DNA of 64,000 nucleotides, from positions 2,020-66,019 of the forward strand of contig DAOUGO010000151.1 in assembly GCA_034429075.1 (NCBI GenBank), given 5' to 3'. Of the stretch, positions 35,064 to 45,248 are shown piece by piece; position 1 is the stretch's first letter, and the number at the start of each line of letters is the position of its first letter. This DNA comes from Chloroflexota bacterium. GTDB taxonomy: Bacteria > Chloroflexota > UBA6077 > FW602-bin22 > CADDYW01. A program made the translations under genes and the position numbers. The notes under the pieces were generated by a model. That model was not told the origin of the DNA. It was given only the letters and a program-made list of their open reading frames with translations, and did not search any database.

Positions 35064-35667
35064 AGCTCTCCCTCTCAGTACACAGTACGACACCCACGTG
35101 TCGCATCGTCTCAATCTCGGCATGATTGTACCGCGATCTGACAGTGATCGTCCGCGAGCATCTCCCTGCCCTCTCCCTCGCTAACGCGTGCTCAGACTAG
35201 CCCCGTATGTGGTCAAGAATCTCGGCACAGGCGAGAGTATCGCCCCAGATATGACTGCGACCCTCGATTACTATTACTATGCCCCTCGATTGCCCAGGTC
35301 ACTGCGAGGACGGCCCGGGCAATCACCCAGAGCCGAATGCGTTCCTGATCGAGAGTCAGCTGTCCGGACAGAAGAGTGATCCGTCACGCCAGGACCGCCT
35401 GGGGACGCGGCTGTCTCGGGAGGTCAGGCAAGGGGATCCCGCAGGAATGCTCTTGCGTGAGAGCTGGGGTTTCGTCGTGCCGATGCACGGTCGCAATACA
35501 TATACGACCGCTCCGAGGAGCAGCAGTTCAGGGTGAGCTGCTATTCGCGGGCGCAGGCAGCCACAACCGCGGGAAGCCGTTCTGACGAAGCCGCTCCAGC
35601 GCTGCCTCAGGTGGCCCCACCCGACGGCGGAATGCCCCGGGCAGAACACGGGTCCAGGTCGGGGAAC

Positions 35668-36435
35668 CTATCCACCTCGCGTACGGGCATCAGCATCCAG
35701 GTGGTGCGCCGCGGCCGCATCGGCGATGACACGCACCCGGGGGTGGAGTTGTAGGGCAGACGCCGGGACCAAAGGATCGACCGGCCCGCGCAGGGCACGC
35801 TCAAGGGCGGCCGCTTTCTCCGCGCCGGTCACCAGCAGGAGAATCCTCTCCGCTTCCAGGAGTGTAGCGATGCCCACAGTGATCGCGCGGTCCGGCGGGT
35901 CCACACCGGGGGGGAAGCTCCAGCGATTCGCCTCGCGGGTCTCCTCCGTCACGAGTGCGACGTGCGTCCGCGAATCAAACGGCGTACCCGGCTCGTTGAA
36001 ACCAATGTGACCGTTCCGCCCGATCCCGAGAACGGCGAGGCCGAAGCCACCGGCGCGCTGAATCAACTCCTCGTACGCAGCGCACTCTGCCGCGAGATCT
36101 GGCGCCAGGCCGTTCGGAAGATGACAGTTCTCCGGCCGCAGATTCACGTGTGAAAAGAGTTGCTCGCGCATGAAGCGCGCATAACTGCCCGCATGATCAG
36201 GGCCGAGGCCGACCCATTCGTCAAGGTTGAAGGTCTGAACCTGCCCGAAATCGATGTGACCCGCCTGATACCGGCGCCTCAGCTCGGCGTAAAGGGGAAG
36301 GGGCGTTCGGCCGGTCGGCAGCGCCAGGACTGCAGCTGGTCGCCCGGTGATGAGTTCCTGGATCTCATCGGCCGCGGCGTGTGCCACCGCCGCCGCATCC
36401 CGGACGACCTCGAGCACCGGGGGGCTCGTGGTCAC
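35668..36435 (-). CDS. nagB: Glucosamine-6-phosphate deaminase (NagB/6-phosphogluconolactonase superfamily).
   Basis: LALPTGRTPLPLY.., NLDEWVGL, and GIGRNGHIGFNEPGTPFDSRTH. The GTG start overlaps the upstream stop (GTGA). Confidence 0.85.
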   Translation of the reverse strand: MTTSPPVLEVVRDAAAVAHAAADEIQELITGRPAAVLALPTGRTPLPLYAELRRRYQAGHIDFGQVQTFNLDEWVGLGPDHAGSYARFMREQLFSHVNLRPENCHLPNGLAPDLAAECAAYEELIQRAGGFGLAVLGIGRNGHIGFNEPGTPFDSRTHVALVTEETREANRWSFPPGVDPPDRAITVGIATLLEAERILLLVTGAEKAAALERALRGPVDPLVPASALQLHPRVRVIADAAAAHHLDADARTRGG

Positions 36436-37316
36436 TCGTCGTCCTCCTCGTCCTCTTCCTCCTCCGACGCATCAGCACCACTCGCGACGCGCGGCAAAAC
36501 AACCGGCACCTCGCTCAGGGCCACGCGCCGACCGCGCGGTTTCCCGAGCCGTGCCACCGCATCGTGAAATACCCGCACCATCTCCTCGACTGCTGTGGCC
36601 TCTGCGTCCGGCCGCGGCCCCACCAGCGCGACCGCTTCGATTCCCGCATCACGCAGGACATTGAGATCTGGCGGCCGCAGATCCCACGAGGGGAGGCTGA
36701 TGATCGGCCGGTGGATCGCGTCGGCCGCCGCGCGCGTCAGAGCAACATCGAGCACGGTCATCTCCCGCGGGCTGTCGATCGGTCGAGGCGTCCGAACGAA
36801 CGCACTGTGGATCGACAGATCGTTAATGCCCCGGGCGAGCTGGCCCCCGGTCTGATCGAGAACGGCCAGGCGTCCGACGTCGGAGAGCTCCAGGAAGTTC
36901 GCGGGTGTCAGATGCGGATAGGCGGCGACGAAGTCCACACCGAATCCAGCCAGACGGTTAATCTCTGCTGGCGTCACCGAACCTGCCGAGCCGATGATCA
37001 CACCAATCATCGCAAAGCTACCAGCGGCCGCGAGGGCTCCCGCAATCGCCGCCTCCTCGCTCGCGAGATCGCCGGTGGAAGCGAGGAGGTCCGTCGCAGC
37101 ACCGTGAATCCGCAGGGCAACTGCATCCGCACCAGCTCGAATGGCTGCCTCAACGAGCGCCACCTCGTTCCGCGGAATCACCGCAACAATCAGCATCGCC
37201 GGGCCCGTGGTCTCGGCCACCCGGCCAAAACCGATCGGCATGGGCGATCCACGACTGATCTCCTTGAGTCGTTCAACCAGCTTGCTCTTCGGGGCCGTGC
37301 CCGGCCTCGTGGACAT
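36432..37316 (-). CDS. Hypothetical protein (294 aa) with alternating beta/alpha, TIM-barrel-like character and a poly-acidic C-terminal tail.
   Basis: ATG 37316 is preceded by AGGAGG at 6-nt spacing. The body reads ..MLIVAVIPRNEVALVEAAIRAGADAVALRIHG..GVDFVAAYPH.. and the protein ends ..ASGADASEEEEDEEDDE. I recognise no family. The ORF-track start at 37442 overlaps the upstream gene. Confidence 0.6.
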   Translation of the reverse strand: MSTRPGTAPKSKLVERLKEISRGSPMPIGFGRVAETTGPAMLIVAVIPRNEVALVEAAIRAGADAVALRIHGAATDLLASTGDLASEEAAIAGALAAAGSFAMIGVIIGSAGSVTPAEINRLAGFGVDFVAAYPHLTPANFLELSDVGRLAVLDQTGGQLARGINDLSIHSAFVRTPRPIDSPREMTVLDVALTRAAADAIHRPIISLPSWDLRPPDLNVLRDAGIEAVALVGPRPDAEATAVEEMVRVFHDAVARLGKPRGRRVALSEVPVVLPRVASGADASEEEEDEEDDE

Positions 37317-37353
37317 CGGGATCCTCCTGGTAATCTCAAACAGGTCCGTCAGA

Positions 37354-38631
37354 TCAGGTGGGAGCAGGCACGCGCTCGCCAAGGCGCATCGGGATGATGG
37401 TACCCGTAGCATCAAAGGCCATCGGGTGGGGCTCACCAACAACCGTCAGCCGGGGATGACGGGCCACCTCCTCGAGAAGCCCTTCGGACACCTCGAACTC
37501 GGCACAGTGGAGCGTATCATGGATGCGCACCAGCCGCGGTCGCGCACGCGCCGACGGGGGCAGGCGAAGGATCGCCGTCTCGATCGCCGTCCGGTCGTCG
37601 GGAAGGGTGATCGGAATCTTCCCCCGGTCCAGGAAGCCACTCGTGATGACATTCACTGCGGTTACTGCCTCGTCGATGCGATCGCGCAATCGTCGACTGA
37701 TCAGATCCGCCAGACCGACCCCGACCGCGTTTCCATGCGATGCCTCAGTGAGTCCGAGTGCGACAATCGTCCGGATGCGCGGACGCCGCGGTTCGGGCTG
37801 ACCTGGCACCCGAAACCGGCCGATAACATTGGTGTCCATCCCGGTGCCGGAGATGTCCTTCCCGATCCAATCCACGACCAGTACATCCAGCTCGTCAAAC
37901 GGGAGACCCGGGTAGGTTCGCTTGTTCCGACGGAGCAGACGCCGTTCACCTTCCTCGATCTCCCCGGGTTCGAGCACGGCGACTTCCGCCGTCTCCTCGT
38001 AGCCGTTCTCGCGGGTCGCGATACCGAGCAGTATCGGCGCCCGAGCAAGCGTCACTCGGGCTACCAGCGGCACATATCGCTTGATCCCTTCTGCGCCGTG
38101 AGCGTGGATGAGATCGGCCTGCGCCTTCTTTCCCAGCCCGATGGCGATCATTTTCATGAGGCCGCTCTCGATCTCACCGCGGAAGTCAGTATGCTTCTTC
38201 ACCCGATTGATAACGATGATGCCGTCTGCTTCCGCCGCGTTCCGATCAAGATAGACCGGCATTCCATCGTCGGTCGCCCCGATCTGAACAACATCCATCG
38301 AGGCACGGATCGGACAGCGGACGAAGGCTTCGGTCACCCCCAGCGAGGCGAGAACCGCCACCTGTCCTTCCGCCGTTGCCCCACCGTGGCTCCCCATGGC
38401 CGGGACAACAAAGGGACTTCCCCCGGCTCGCCGGACAGCTTCGGCTGTGCTTCGCACGATGCGCGCAATATTTGCCACCCCCCGGCTTCCCACGGCGATC
38501 GCAATCGCCTGACCGGGCCGAATCTTCCCTTCCAGGTGGCGCTCGACCTGACGAAGCACGACGCTGTCCAGATCGATAACCACTCGATCATCGAGGCGCT
38601 GGCGCACCCGGACCATGAGCGGGAGGTCCAT
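37354..38631 (-). CDS. LarA-like protein (lactate racemase N-terminal domain/DUF2088 family), function unknown.
   Basis: IAIAVGSRGVANIARIV..GGSPFVVPAMGSHGGATAEGQVAVLASLGVTE..FRGEIESGLMKMIAIGLGK (compare the SGGRKSILPG region of LarA). This assignment is from memory of family motifs. Confidence 0.65.
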   Translation of the reverse strand: MDLPLMVRVRQRLDDRVVIDLDSVVLRQVERHLEGKIRPGQAIAIAVGSRGVANIARIVRSTAEAVRRAGGSPFVVPAMGSHGGATAEGQVAVLASLGVTEAFVRCPIRASMDVVQIGATDDGMPVYLDRNAAEADGIIVINRVKKHTDFRGEIESGLMKMIAIGLGKKAQADLIHAHGAEGIKRYVPLVARVTLARAPILLGIATRENGYEETAEVAVLEPGEIEEGERRLLRRNKRTYPGLPFDELDVLVVDWIGKDISGTGMDTNVIGRFRVPGQPEPRRPRIRTIVALGLTEASHGNAVGVGLADLISRRLRDRIDEAVTAVNVITSGFLDRGKIPITLPDDRTAIETAILRLPPSARARPRLVRIHDTLHCAEFEVSEGLLEEVARHPRLTVVGEPHPMAFDATGTIIPMRLGERVPAPT

Positions 38632-38700
38632 TGGCTACCTCCGGCGCGAGCAGGCCGTGCACTGGTCCGCGACCCGCTGAATCTTTCCTGAACGCCAGTG

Positions 38701-38706
38701 ATTATA
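38701..38706 (-). promoter_or_regulatory. Putative -10 box (TATAAT) upstream of the LarA-like operon.
   Basis: The minus strand reads gcgtagTATAATcactgg, 70 nt upstream of ATG 38631, which has GGAGG as its RBS. I see no clear -35. Confidence 0.3.
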
Positions 38707-38799
38707 CTACGCGTCCTCGCGTCGGTTCCTGTTCCATCACCGTGAGCCAGCAGGCCTCAACACCCGGCACCACGAGCGATATGATGGAACTTCTGCCGC

Positions 38800-40344
38800 T
38801 CAGGTAGCCGGGAGAGGCATCTCACCCTCTGGGGGCTCCACATGAACGAGAACACTACCAAGGCCGGGCAGGGCCTCACGAAGGGCCTGCTCGAGCCGCT
38901 CGGCCTCTTCATGGGCGCGGGTCACGTTCAGCGAAGCTGGAAAGGTGCAGTGGAGTACAACATCGAGAGACCGGCCCTGACCGGTCCTGCGGTAGATGTG
39001 CACTTCGTGACAGCGTCCACTTCCGATGACCGAGCTGGCCAGTGCATGAATCCGGTGAACGAGCTCAGGCTCAAGAGCGGTGACCTCGGTCCGGACTTCC
39101 CCGACCTCCGGCTCGATCTCCAGGTGGGTGTGCACGGCACTGACATCCGGGTTTTGCGCAGCGATACGCTCCTCGAGCTTACTTGCCAGTCCGTGTGCCG
39201 CGTCGAGCGACAGCCCCGGTCTGACCTCGACGTGCAGCTTCACCTGCGAGGTGTCATCCACGCGATGCACCTGGACATCATGCACCCGTACTCCGAGCTC
39301 GCGGGCCGCCTGGTGGATCCGGTCCAGGATCGTCTCGCCTACCAGCGGCGCCGGCTCGATCTGCACGATCACATCACTCTGCGGTTCAACGGCGTGGATA
39401 GCCTGGCGAATGCGCTCCACAAGTCGGTGCATCTCCTCGACAGTCGTGGTCCGATCGGCGACGGCGACGACATCAACGAAGTAATATCCACCGACGCGGC
39501 GGAGCCGGAGACGCTGACAGGCGATCACCCCCGGCACGCCCGCGACCGCATCAATCAAACGTGGGGTGAGATCGGTCGGCGATCGGTCAAGGAGCGCGTC
39601 AATCGTCCTGCGTGCCAGGTGTCCAGCAGCGCCGATCACCAGGAGCGCAACGATCAGCGCCGCGGCGGCATCGCCGTATGAGGCGAGCGCAGGAAGATGG
39701 AACGCCCGCCCCGCGGCGACGAGCGCGAGTCCGCCGAGGACGACGAGCGAACTCCAGACATCGGCTCGGAAGTTCAGGGCGTCCGCGGCGAGCGCGTCAC
39801 TCTGATACCGGACCGCGAGATGGTGCAGGACACGCGAGCGCCAATAGGCGACGGCGATCGAGGCGAGCAGGACGCCGAAGGACGGAGCGGTCGGAATGAC
39901 CTCCTCCTGGCCTCCCAGAATATGACGAACGGCCTCATAGCCGATCCCGATTGCGGTGCCCAGGATGATCAGTGCCTCGATGAAACCGGACAGATTCTCT
40001 ACCCGCCCGTGCCCATAGGGATGGTCCGCATCAGCTGGCCGATCGGCCAGGCGCACGGCGAGGTAAGTAAGGAATGAGGTGATCAGGTCAAGCCCGGAGT
40101 GCACCGCGTCGGCGATCAGTCCGAGGCTACCGGTGAGAATGCCCAGGGCAAGCTTGGCAATCCCGAGGATCAGGACGGCGATCGCGGAGACCAGTGCCGC
40201 CGACTGCTTCGCCGCGCGGCTAGAGCCTGCCCCGGCCGCTCTCTCCGCTTTCGGCTGATCGTGATGCTGCACCGATGACAACAAGATTGAGACACCATCG
40301 CATACATAAATCGAATGGGCCCCCAGACCACCCGCGAGGCCCAT
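38800..40344 (-). CDS. Cation diffusion facilitator (CDF) metal efflux transporter with three tandem C-terminal cytoplasmic domains.
   Basis: TM-domain motifs SLGLIADAVHSGLDL and HPYGHGRVE, followed by three ZT_dimer-like units ending ..VIVQIEP, ..THLEIEP and ..VLVHVEP. The start is uncertain (ATG 40344 or a downstream GTG). The ORF-track start at 40734 overlaps the upstream gene. Confidence 0.85.
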   Translation of the reverse strand: MGLAGGLGAHSIYVCDGVSILLSSVQHHDQPKAERAAGAGSSRAAKQSAALVSAIAVLILGIAKLALGILTGSLGLIADAVHSGLDLITSFLTYLAVRLADRPADADHPYGHGRVENLSGFIEALIILGTAIGIGYEAVRHILGGQEEVIPTAPSFGVLLASIAVAYWRSRVLHHLAVRYQSDALAADALNFRADVWSSLVVLGGLALVAAGRAFHLPALASYGDAAAALIVALLVIGAAGHLARRTIDALLDRSPTDLTPRLIDAVAGVPGVIACQRLRLRRVGGYYFVDVVAVADRTTTVEEMHRLVERIRQAIHAVEPQSDVIVQIEPAPLVGETILDRIHQAARELGVRVHDVQVHRVDDTSQVKLHVEVRPGLSLDAAHGLASKLEERIAAQNPDVSAVHTHLEIEPEVGEVRTEVTALEPELVHRIHALASSVIGSGRCHEVHIYRRTGQGRSLDVVLHCTFPASLNVTRAHEEAERLEQALREALPGLGSVLVHVEPPEGEMPLPAT

Positions 40345-40385
40345 CTCGAGTGTACCGCGGACGCCGTGAACACGCCAGGGCGGTG

Positions 40386-40943
40386 TCAGAGCGTCGGGAA
40401 GCGATCGACCGCGGCACAGTTCACATCCAGGAAAACCTTCCCCTCGACCGCATCGATGTTCCGGATCGCCTGGACGGGAATCCGAACCCGCTGCCGGAAG
40501 ATGAACCAACCGCGCTCCATGTCCAGGCCATCCGGTCTGACCGCAGAAACCTTCCCGACAACCCGCCCCTCGGTGCAGATGACCGGCCATCCCGGCCGCG
40601 CCGTCGCGAGAGCCGCCGGCCCTAGGGCGGATGAGACAGCAGTGGCCGCCGGAGCGGCCTGCTCCGCTGGCATGGCGGCCCCCTGACCACCCGTGGGACA
40701 GCCAGCGGCCGCTCCTGGGGGCGGCTGTTCCCATGGCATCCGGGCTACCTGCTCACCGGGGATGGTCAAATACACCGTCGTTCCATCAGTCTGGCGAATC
40801 GCGTCCATTGGCACGAAAAGCGGGCGTCCCAGCCCCAGAATACCCGTATCCACCTCGCAGTACTCCCGTGCACAGGACGCGATCGTCCCGACCTCCCGAC
40901 CATCTGAGCCGACGACGCGAAATCCCGGTTCGATATTTCGCAT
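40386..40943 (-). CDS. Hypothetical protein with two PRC-barrel/DUF2171-like modules joined by an Ala/Pro/Gly-rich linker.
   Basis: MRNIEPGFRVVGSDGREVGTI..LFVPMDAIRQTDGTTVYL and ..VICTEGRVVGKVSAV..VRIPVQAIRNIDAVEGKVFL. ATG 40943 is preceded by AGGTGAG. Confidence 0.6.
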   Translation of the reverse strand: MRNIEPGFRVVGSDGREVGTIASCAREYCEVDTGILGLGRPLFVPMDAIRQTDGTTVYLTIPGEQVARMPWEQPPPGAAAGCPTGGQGAAMPAEQAAPAATAVSSALGPAALATARPGWPVICTEGRVVGKVSAVRPDGLDMERGWFIFRQRVRIPVQAIRNIDAVEGKVFLDVNCAAVDRFPTL

Positions 40944-41173
40944 GATGCTCACCTGATCTTTCTGGCACACCGCCTCCCCAGGGCGCGGCCTGGTCACGCC
41001 CGCCGGGTAGGCACGGCTTCGGACTGAAACCGTAAATCTCGGCAAGATGCGCGCCAGAAACACTGAGACCCAGGGGTAGAGGGGGGAGAGCCAGACCAGG
41101 GACACCCGAAAAAGAGGCCGCTGCCTGCCGGATGGCGCCGGCGGCCGCCCAATTTACCGACCAGGTGGGGATG

Positions 41174-41980
41174 CTAGAACAAGCAGACCCCACCGCACAC
41201 GGAGATGATCTGGCCGGTGACGTAGTCGGACAGGTCACTCGCCAGAAACTCAACCACCTTCGCACAGTCCTCCGGCGTTCCCAGGCGCCGCAGAGCGATC
41301 TCTTGCTCCAGCCGGGCTCGCGTCTCCGGATCATTCCGCCCCTGCGCGATCGCGCGTGAGGAGAGAATCCATCCTGGAGCGATGCAGTTCACCGTGATGT
41401 TGTACGGCCCCAGCTCGCTCGCCAGTTTTCGTGTATAGTGGTGGATCGCTGCCTTCGCTACGGCATATGCCGTTCCTTCTCCGCCCGTCGAGCGAAGTCC
41501 GGCCTGGGAACCAACGGTGATGATCTTTCCCCGCCTCTGCTGCTTCATCGGCTCGGCCGCGGCCTGACAGCAGAAGATCGTCCCCATCAGGTTGAGGTCC
41601 AAAAGCCGCCGGAGATCTGCCTCCGGGACTGATGAGGCGTAGCTCGGACCGGGCACCAGAGCTCCCCCGGCATTTGCGACCAGGATATCCAGATGGCCGA
41701 ACTCGGCGATCACCTGATCGACCATTCGCTGCACCGCCGCCCGGTCCGTCACATCGGCGACGATGCCAAGCGAGCGGCGGCCCAGCGCCCGGATCTCGTC
41801 CATAACTGTCGGCGCGGTGAGTTCCTCCCCATACTGCCGCGCCGCATCCAGATCGATATCGTTGACCACGACGTCGGCCCCGATCGCTGCCAGGTGAAGC
41901 GCGTAAGCACGTCCGAGCCCTCGGGCCGCGCCAGTCACCAGAGCGACCTTACCTGCCAGCCTCACGCACGCCTCCGCCAA
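41174..41980 (-). CDS. Short-chain dehydrogenase/reductase (FabG-like).
   Basis: GKVALVTGAARGLGRA, NAGG, YAVAKAA (YxxxK), and a C-terminal GQIISVCGG. Confidence 0.9.
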   Translation of the reverse strand: MAEACVRLAGKVALVTGAARGLGRAYALHLAAIGADVVVNDIDLDAARQYGEELTAPTVMDEIRALGRRSLGIVADVTDRAAVQRMVDQVIAEFGHLDILVANAGGALVPGPSYASSVPEADLRRLLDLNLMGTIFCCQAAAEPMKQQRRGKIITVGSQAGLRSTGGEGTAYAVAKAAIHHYTRKLASELGPYNITVNCIAPGWILSSRAIAQGRNDPETRARLEQEIALRRLGTPEDCAKVVEFLASDLSDYVTGQIISVCGGVCLF

Positions 41981-42018
41981 CCAGGAGAATCATCGCGCCG
42001 AGCTGATCACCGCTCTGC

Positions 42019-43248
<1,230 letters not shown>

Positions 43249-43345
43249 CGGTCGCCCTCCCGACAGGTGATGCGTGCTAAAGGAGAGTCCGCTGGCATCC
43301 TGGACGATTCCATGATCCGCGCCTCCACGCCCCGCTCGCATCGTG

Positions 43346-45220
43346 TCATGGCACACTCCGCGACCAGACCCGGGCAAGCTTGCTCAATCGTTCCTCGCTC
43401 GCCAGCTGGGCAAGCTCGCGTTCTGCCTGGCGATGAAGCTCCACGGCGGCCTCGGCCTCCCCGCTGGACTCGAGATCCCGCAAGTGAGTCGCGTACTGCC
43501 GCAATCGAATTCGGCGGAGCCGCCGCCGCAGCTCGTGTAAACACCGCTCCTGCTCCCGTACCACCGCGCGCTCGTCGAGAACCGGCCGCCTCTCCTCCTG
43601 GCGCAGCACCGCGCGTAGCCATTCAGCGACCGGCTCCGGTAGCTCCTCCAGCAATCGTTCCCGGTCCGGCACATCCCCAGCGTCAAGCTGGCGCCGGATC
43701 GCGAGAAACACCTCCCGGCTCTCGACCAGCTCCCAGTCCTCCTCGCGCAATTCGGCCGCAAACGCAGACGCCTGCGCCGGATACAAGAGTAGCAATCCGA
43801 GTGCGTATTCGTCCAGCGTCGAGCGCCGCCGGTCCGGGACGGCCAGAGGATCGGGCTCCGCCGCGGCAGGCGCCCGCGCGGTCAAACGCAGGCGTGCCAA
43901 CTCCGAGGCGAGAAGTTGCTCGGCGATATGAACACGATCTGATAGTCTCTGCAGATAGACCGTCTGCTGAACCGGATCGCGGATCTCGCCGATGATCGGC
44001 AGAAGGGTCCGCACCGCCGCTGCCGTTTCCTTCGCCGAGCCGAGGTTTGCCCGCCCCAGAACAAGGTCGAAGTAGAAGTCAACAACCGGCCGCGCATCAT
44101 CGATGATTGACCGCCAGAGGTCGAGATCCGCGCGAATAATCTCGTCCGGATCGCGTCCGCGCGGCAGGGCGGCGATGCGGATATCCGCGCCCAGACGGCT
44201 CTCCAGGCGGACCAGTCCCCGTGGAAGCGGCACTGCCACCGCGTCGCTGTACACCTGCCGCGTTACCTCCAGACCGCGCAGCACGGCCTCGTCTCCCGCT
44301 GCATCCGCGTCAAGGGCCAGTACGACGCGGCGAGTGAGCCGCTTAAGCACTCCTACCTGCCGCTCACTCAGCGCTGTGCCGAGCGAGGCGACCACATCCC
44401 GAACGCCGTACTGGTGTGCAATGATAACATCGACGTATCCCTCGACAATGGTGACCCGATCTATGGCTCGGATCGCAGCCCGCGCCTGGTCAATACCGTA
44501 CAGGATCGCCCCTTTGTCAAAGAGTTCCGTCTGCGGCGAGTTCAGGTACTTTGGCTGACCGTCTCCGAGAAGACGGCCGCCGAACCCGACAAGCTCGCCC
44601 CGTTCGTTGGCGATGGGGAACATGAGGCGACCGCGGAAGAGGTCGCGGTAGCCCCCACCATCGCGCTCGACGGCGAGGCCTGCTCCGACGATCTGCTCGG
44701 GGCGAGCGCCCAGACCGGTGAGGTAGCGAAACAGGGAATCCCATCCCTCGGGTGCCCAACCGAGTCGAAACTGATCAATCGCCTCCGGCTTGATTCCGCG
44801 ACGGGTCAGGTACTCGCGCACCGGGCGCGCCTCGGGATGCCGAAGTGCCTGTTGGAAGAAAAGGGCGGCCTGCTCGAGGAGCGCAGTTAACTCGGCACGG
44901 CGCCGCCGAAGCGCATCCTCCGATGGGCGCGTCGTGAGCTCTACCCCCGCCCGAGCCGCCAGCAGCCGGAGCGCCTCGCCAAAATCCAGATTCTCGGTCT
45001 TCATCACGAAGCTGAAGACATCACCGTTGGCGCCGCAGCCGAAACAATGGTAGTTCCCGCGATCCGGAAAGACGACGAACGAGGGGGTTTTCTCGGTATG
45101 GAACGGACAGAGCCCCTTGAAGGTGCGGCCGGTCTTTTTCAAAGCCACCTTCTGGCCCACGATCTCGGTGATGTCCAGGCGGGCCTTGATCTCCGCGATC
45201 GGATCCGCACTCGGGCTCAT
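43346..45220 (-). CDS. dnaG: DNA primase.
   Basis: Zinc finger [30 protein letters not shown] and the TOPRIM region [25 protein letters not shown]. Confidence 0.95.
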   Translation of the reverse strand: MSPSADPIAEIKARLDITEIVGQKVALKKTGRTFKGLCPFHTEKTPSFVVFPDRGNYHCFGCGANGDVFSFVMKTENLDFGEALRLLAARAGVELTTRPSEDALRRRRAELTALLEQAALFFQQALRHPEARPVREYLTRRGIKPEAIDQFRLGWAPEGWDSLFRYLTGLGARPEQIVGAGLAVERDGGGYRDLFRGRLMFPIANERGELVGFGGRLLGDGQPKYLNSPQTELFDKGAILYGIDQARAAIRAIDRVTIVEGYVDVIIAHQYGVRDVVASLGTALSERQVGVLKRLTRRVVLALDADAAGDEAVLRGLEVTRQVYSDAVAVPLPRGLVRLESRLGADIRIAALPRGRDPDEIIRADLDLWRSIIDDARPVVDFYFDLVLGRANLGSAKETAAAVRTLLPIIGEIRDPVQQTVYLQRLSDRVHIAEQLLASELARLRLTARAPAAAEPDPLAVPDRRRSTLDEYALGLLLLYPAQASAFAAELREEDWELVESREVFLAIRRQLDAGDVPDRERLLEELPEPVAEWLRAVLRQEERRPVLDERAVVREQERCLHELRRRLRRIRLRQYATHLRDLESSGEAEAAVELHRQAERELAQLASEERLSKLARVWSRSVP

Positions 45221-45248
45221 CTTCTCTTCACCGCTCTTACCGCGTCTC

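Noticed and set aside
35124-35667. A check of whether the gene-free gap encodes a known housekeeping RNA (RNase P RNA, tmRNA, SRP/4.5S RNA or 6S RNA).
   Set aside because: I looked for GAGGAAAGUCCGG (RNase P), a GGGG..5' end with a tRNA-like 3' end GGUUCGAUUCC..CCACCA (tmRNA), and GUCAGGUCCGGAAGGAAGCAGC (SRP). None is present on either strand. 6S RNA cannot be excluded by eye.
40345-40734. The N-terminal 130 codons of the 644-aa ORF containing the CDF transporter.
   Set aside because: The extension overlaps the upstream PRC-barrel gene in another frame and is Gly/Arg/Cys-rich. The CDF homology begins well downstream, so ATG 40344 or a later start fits better.
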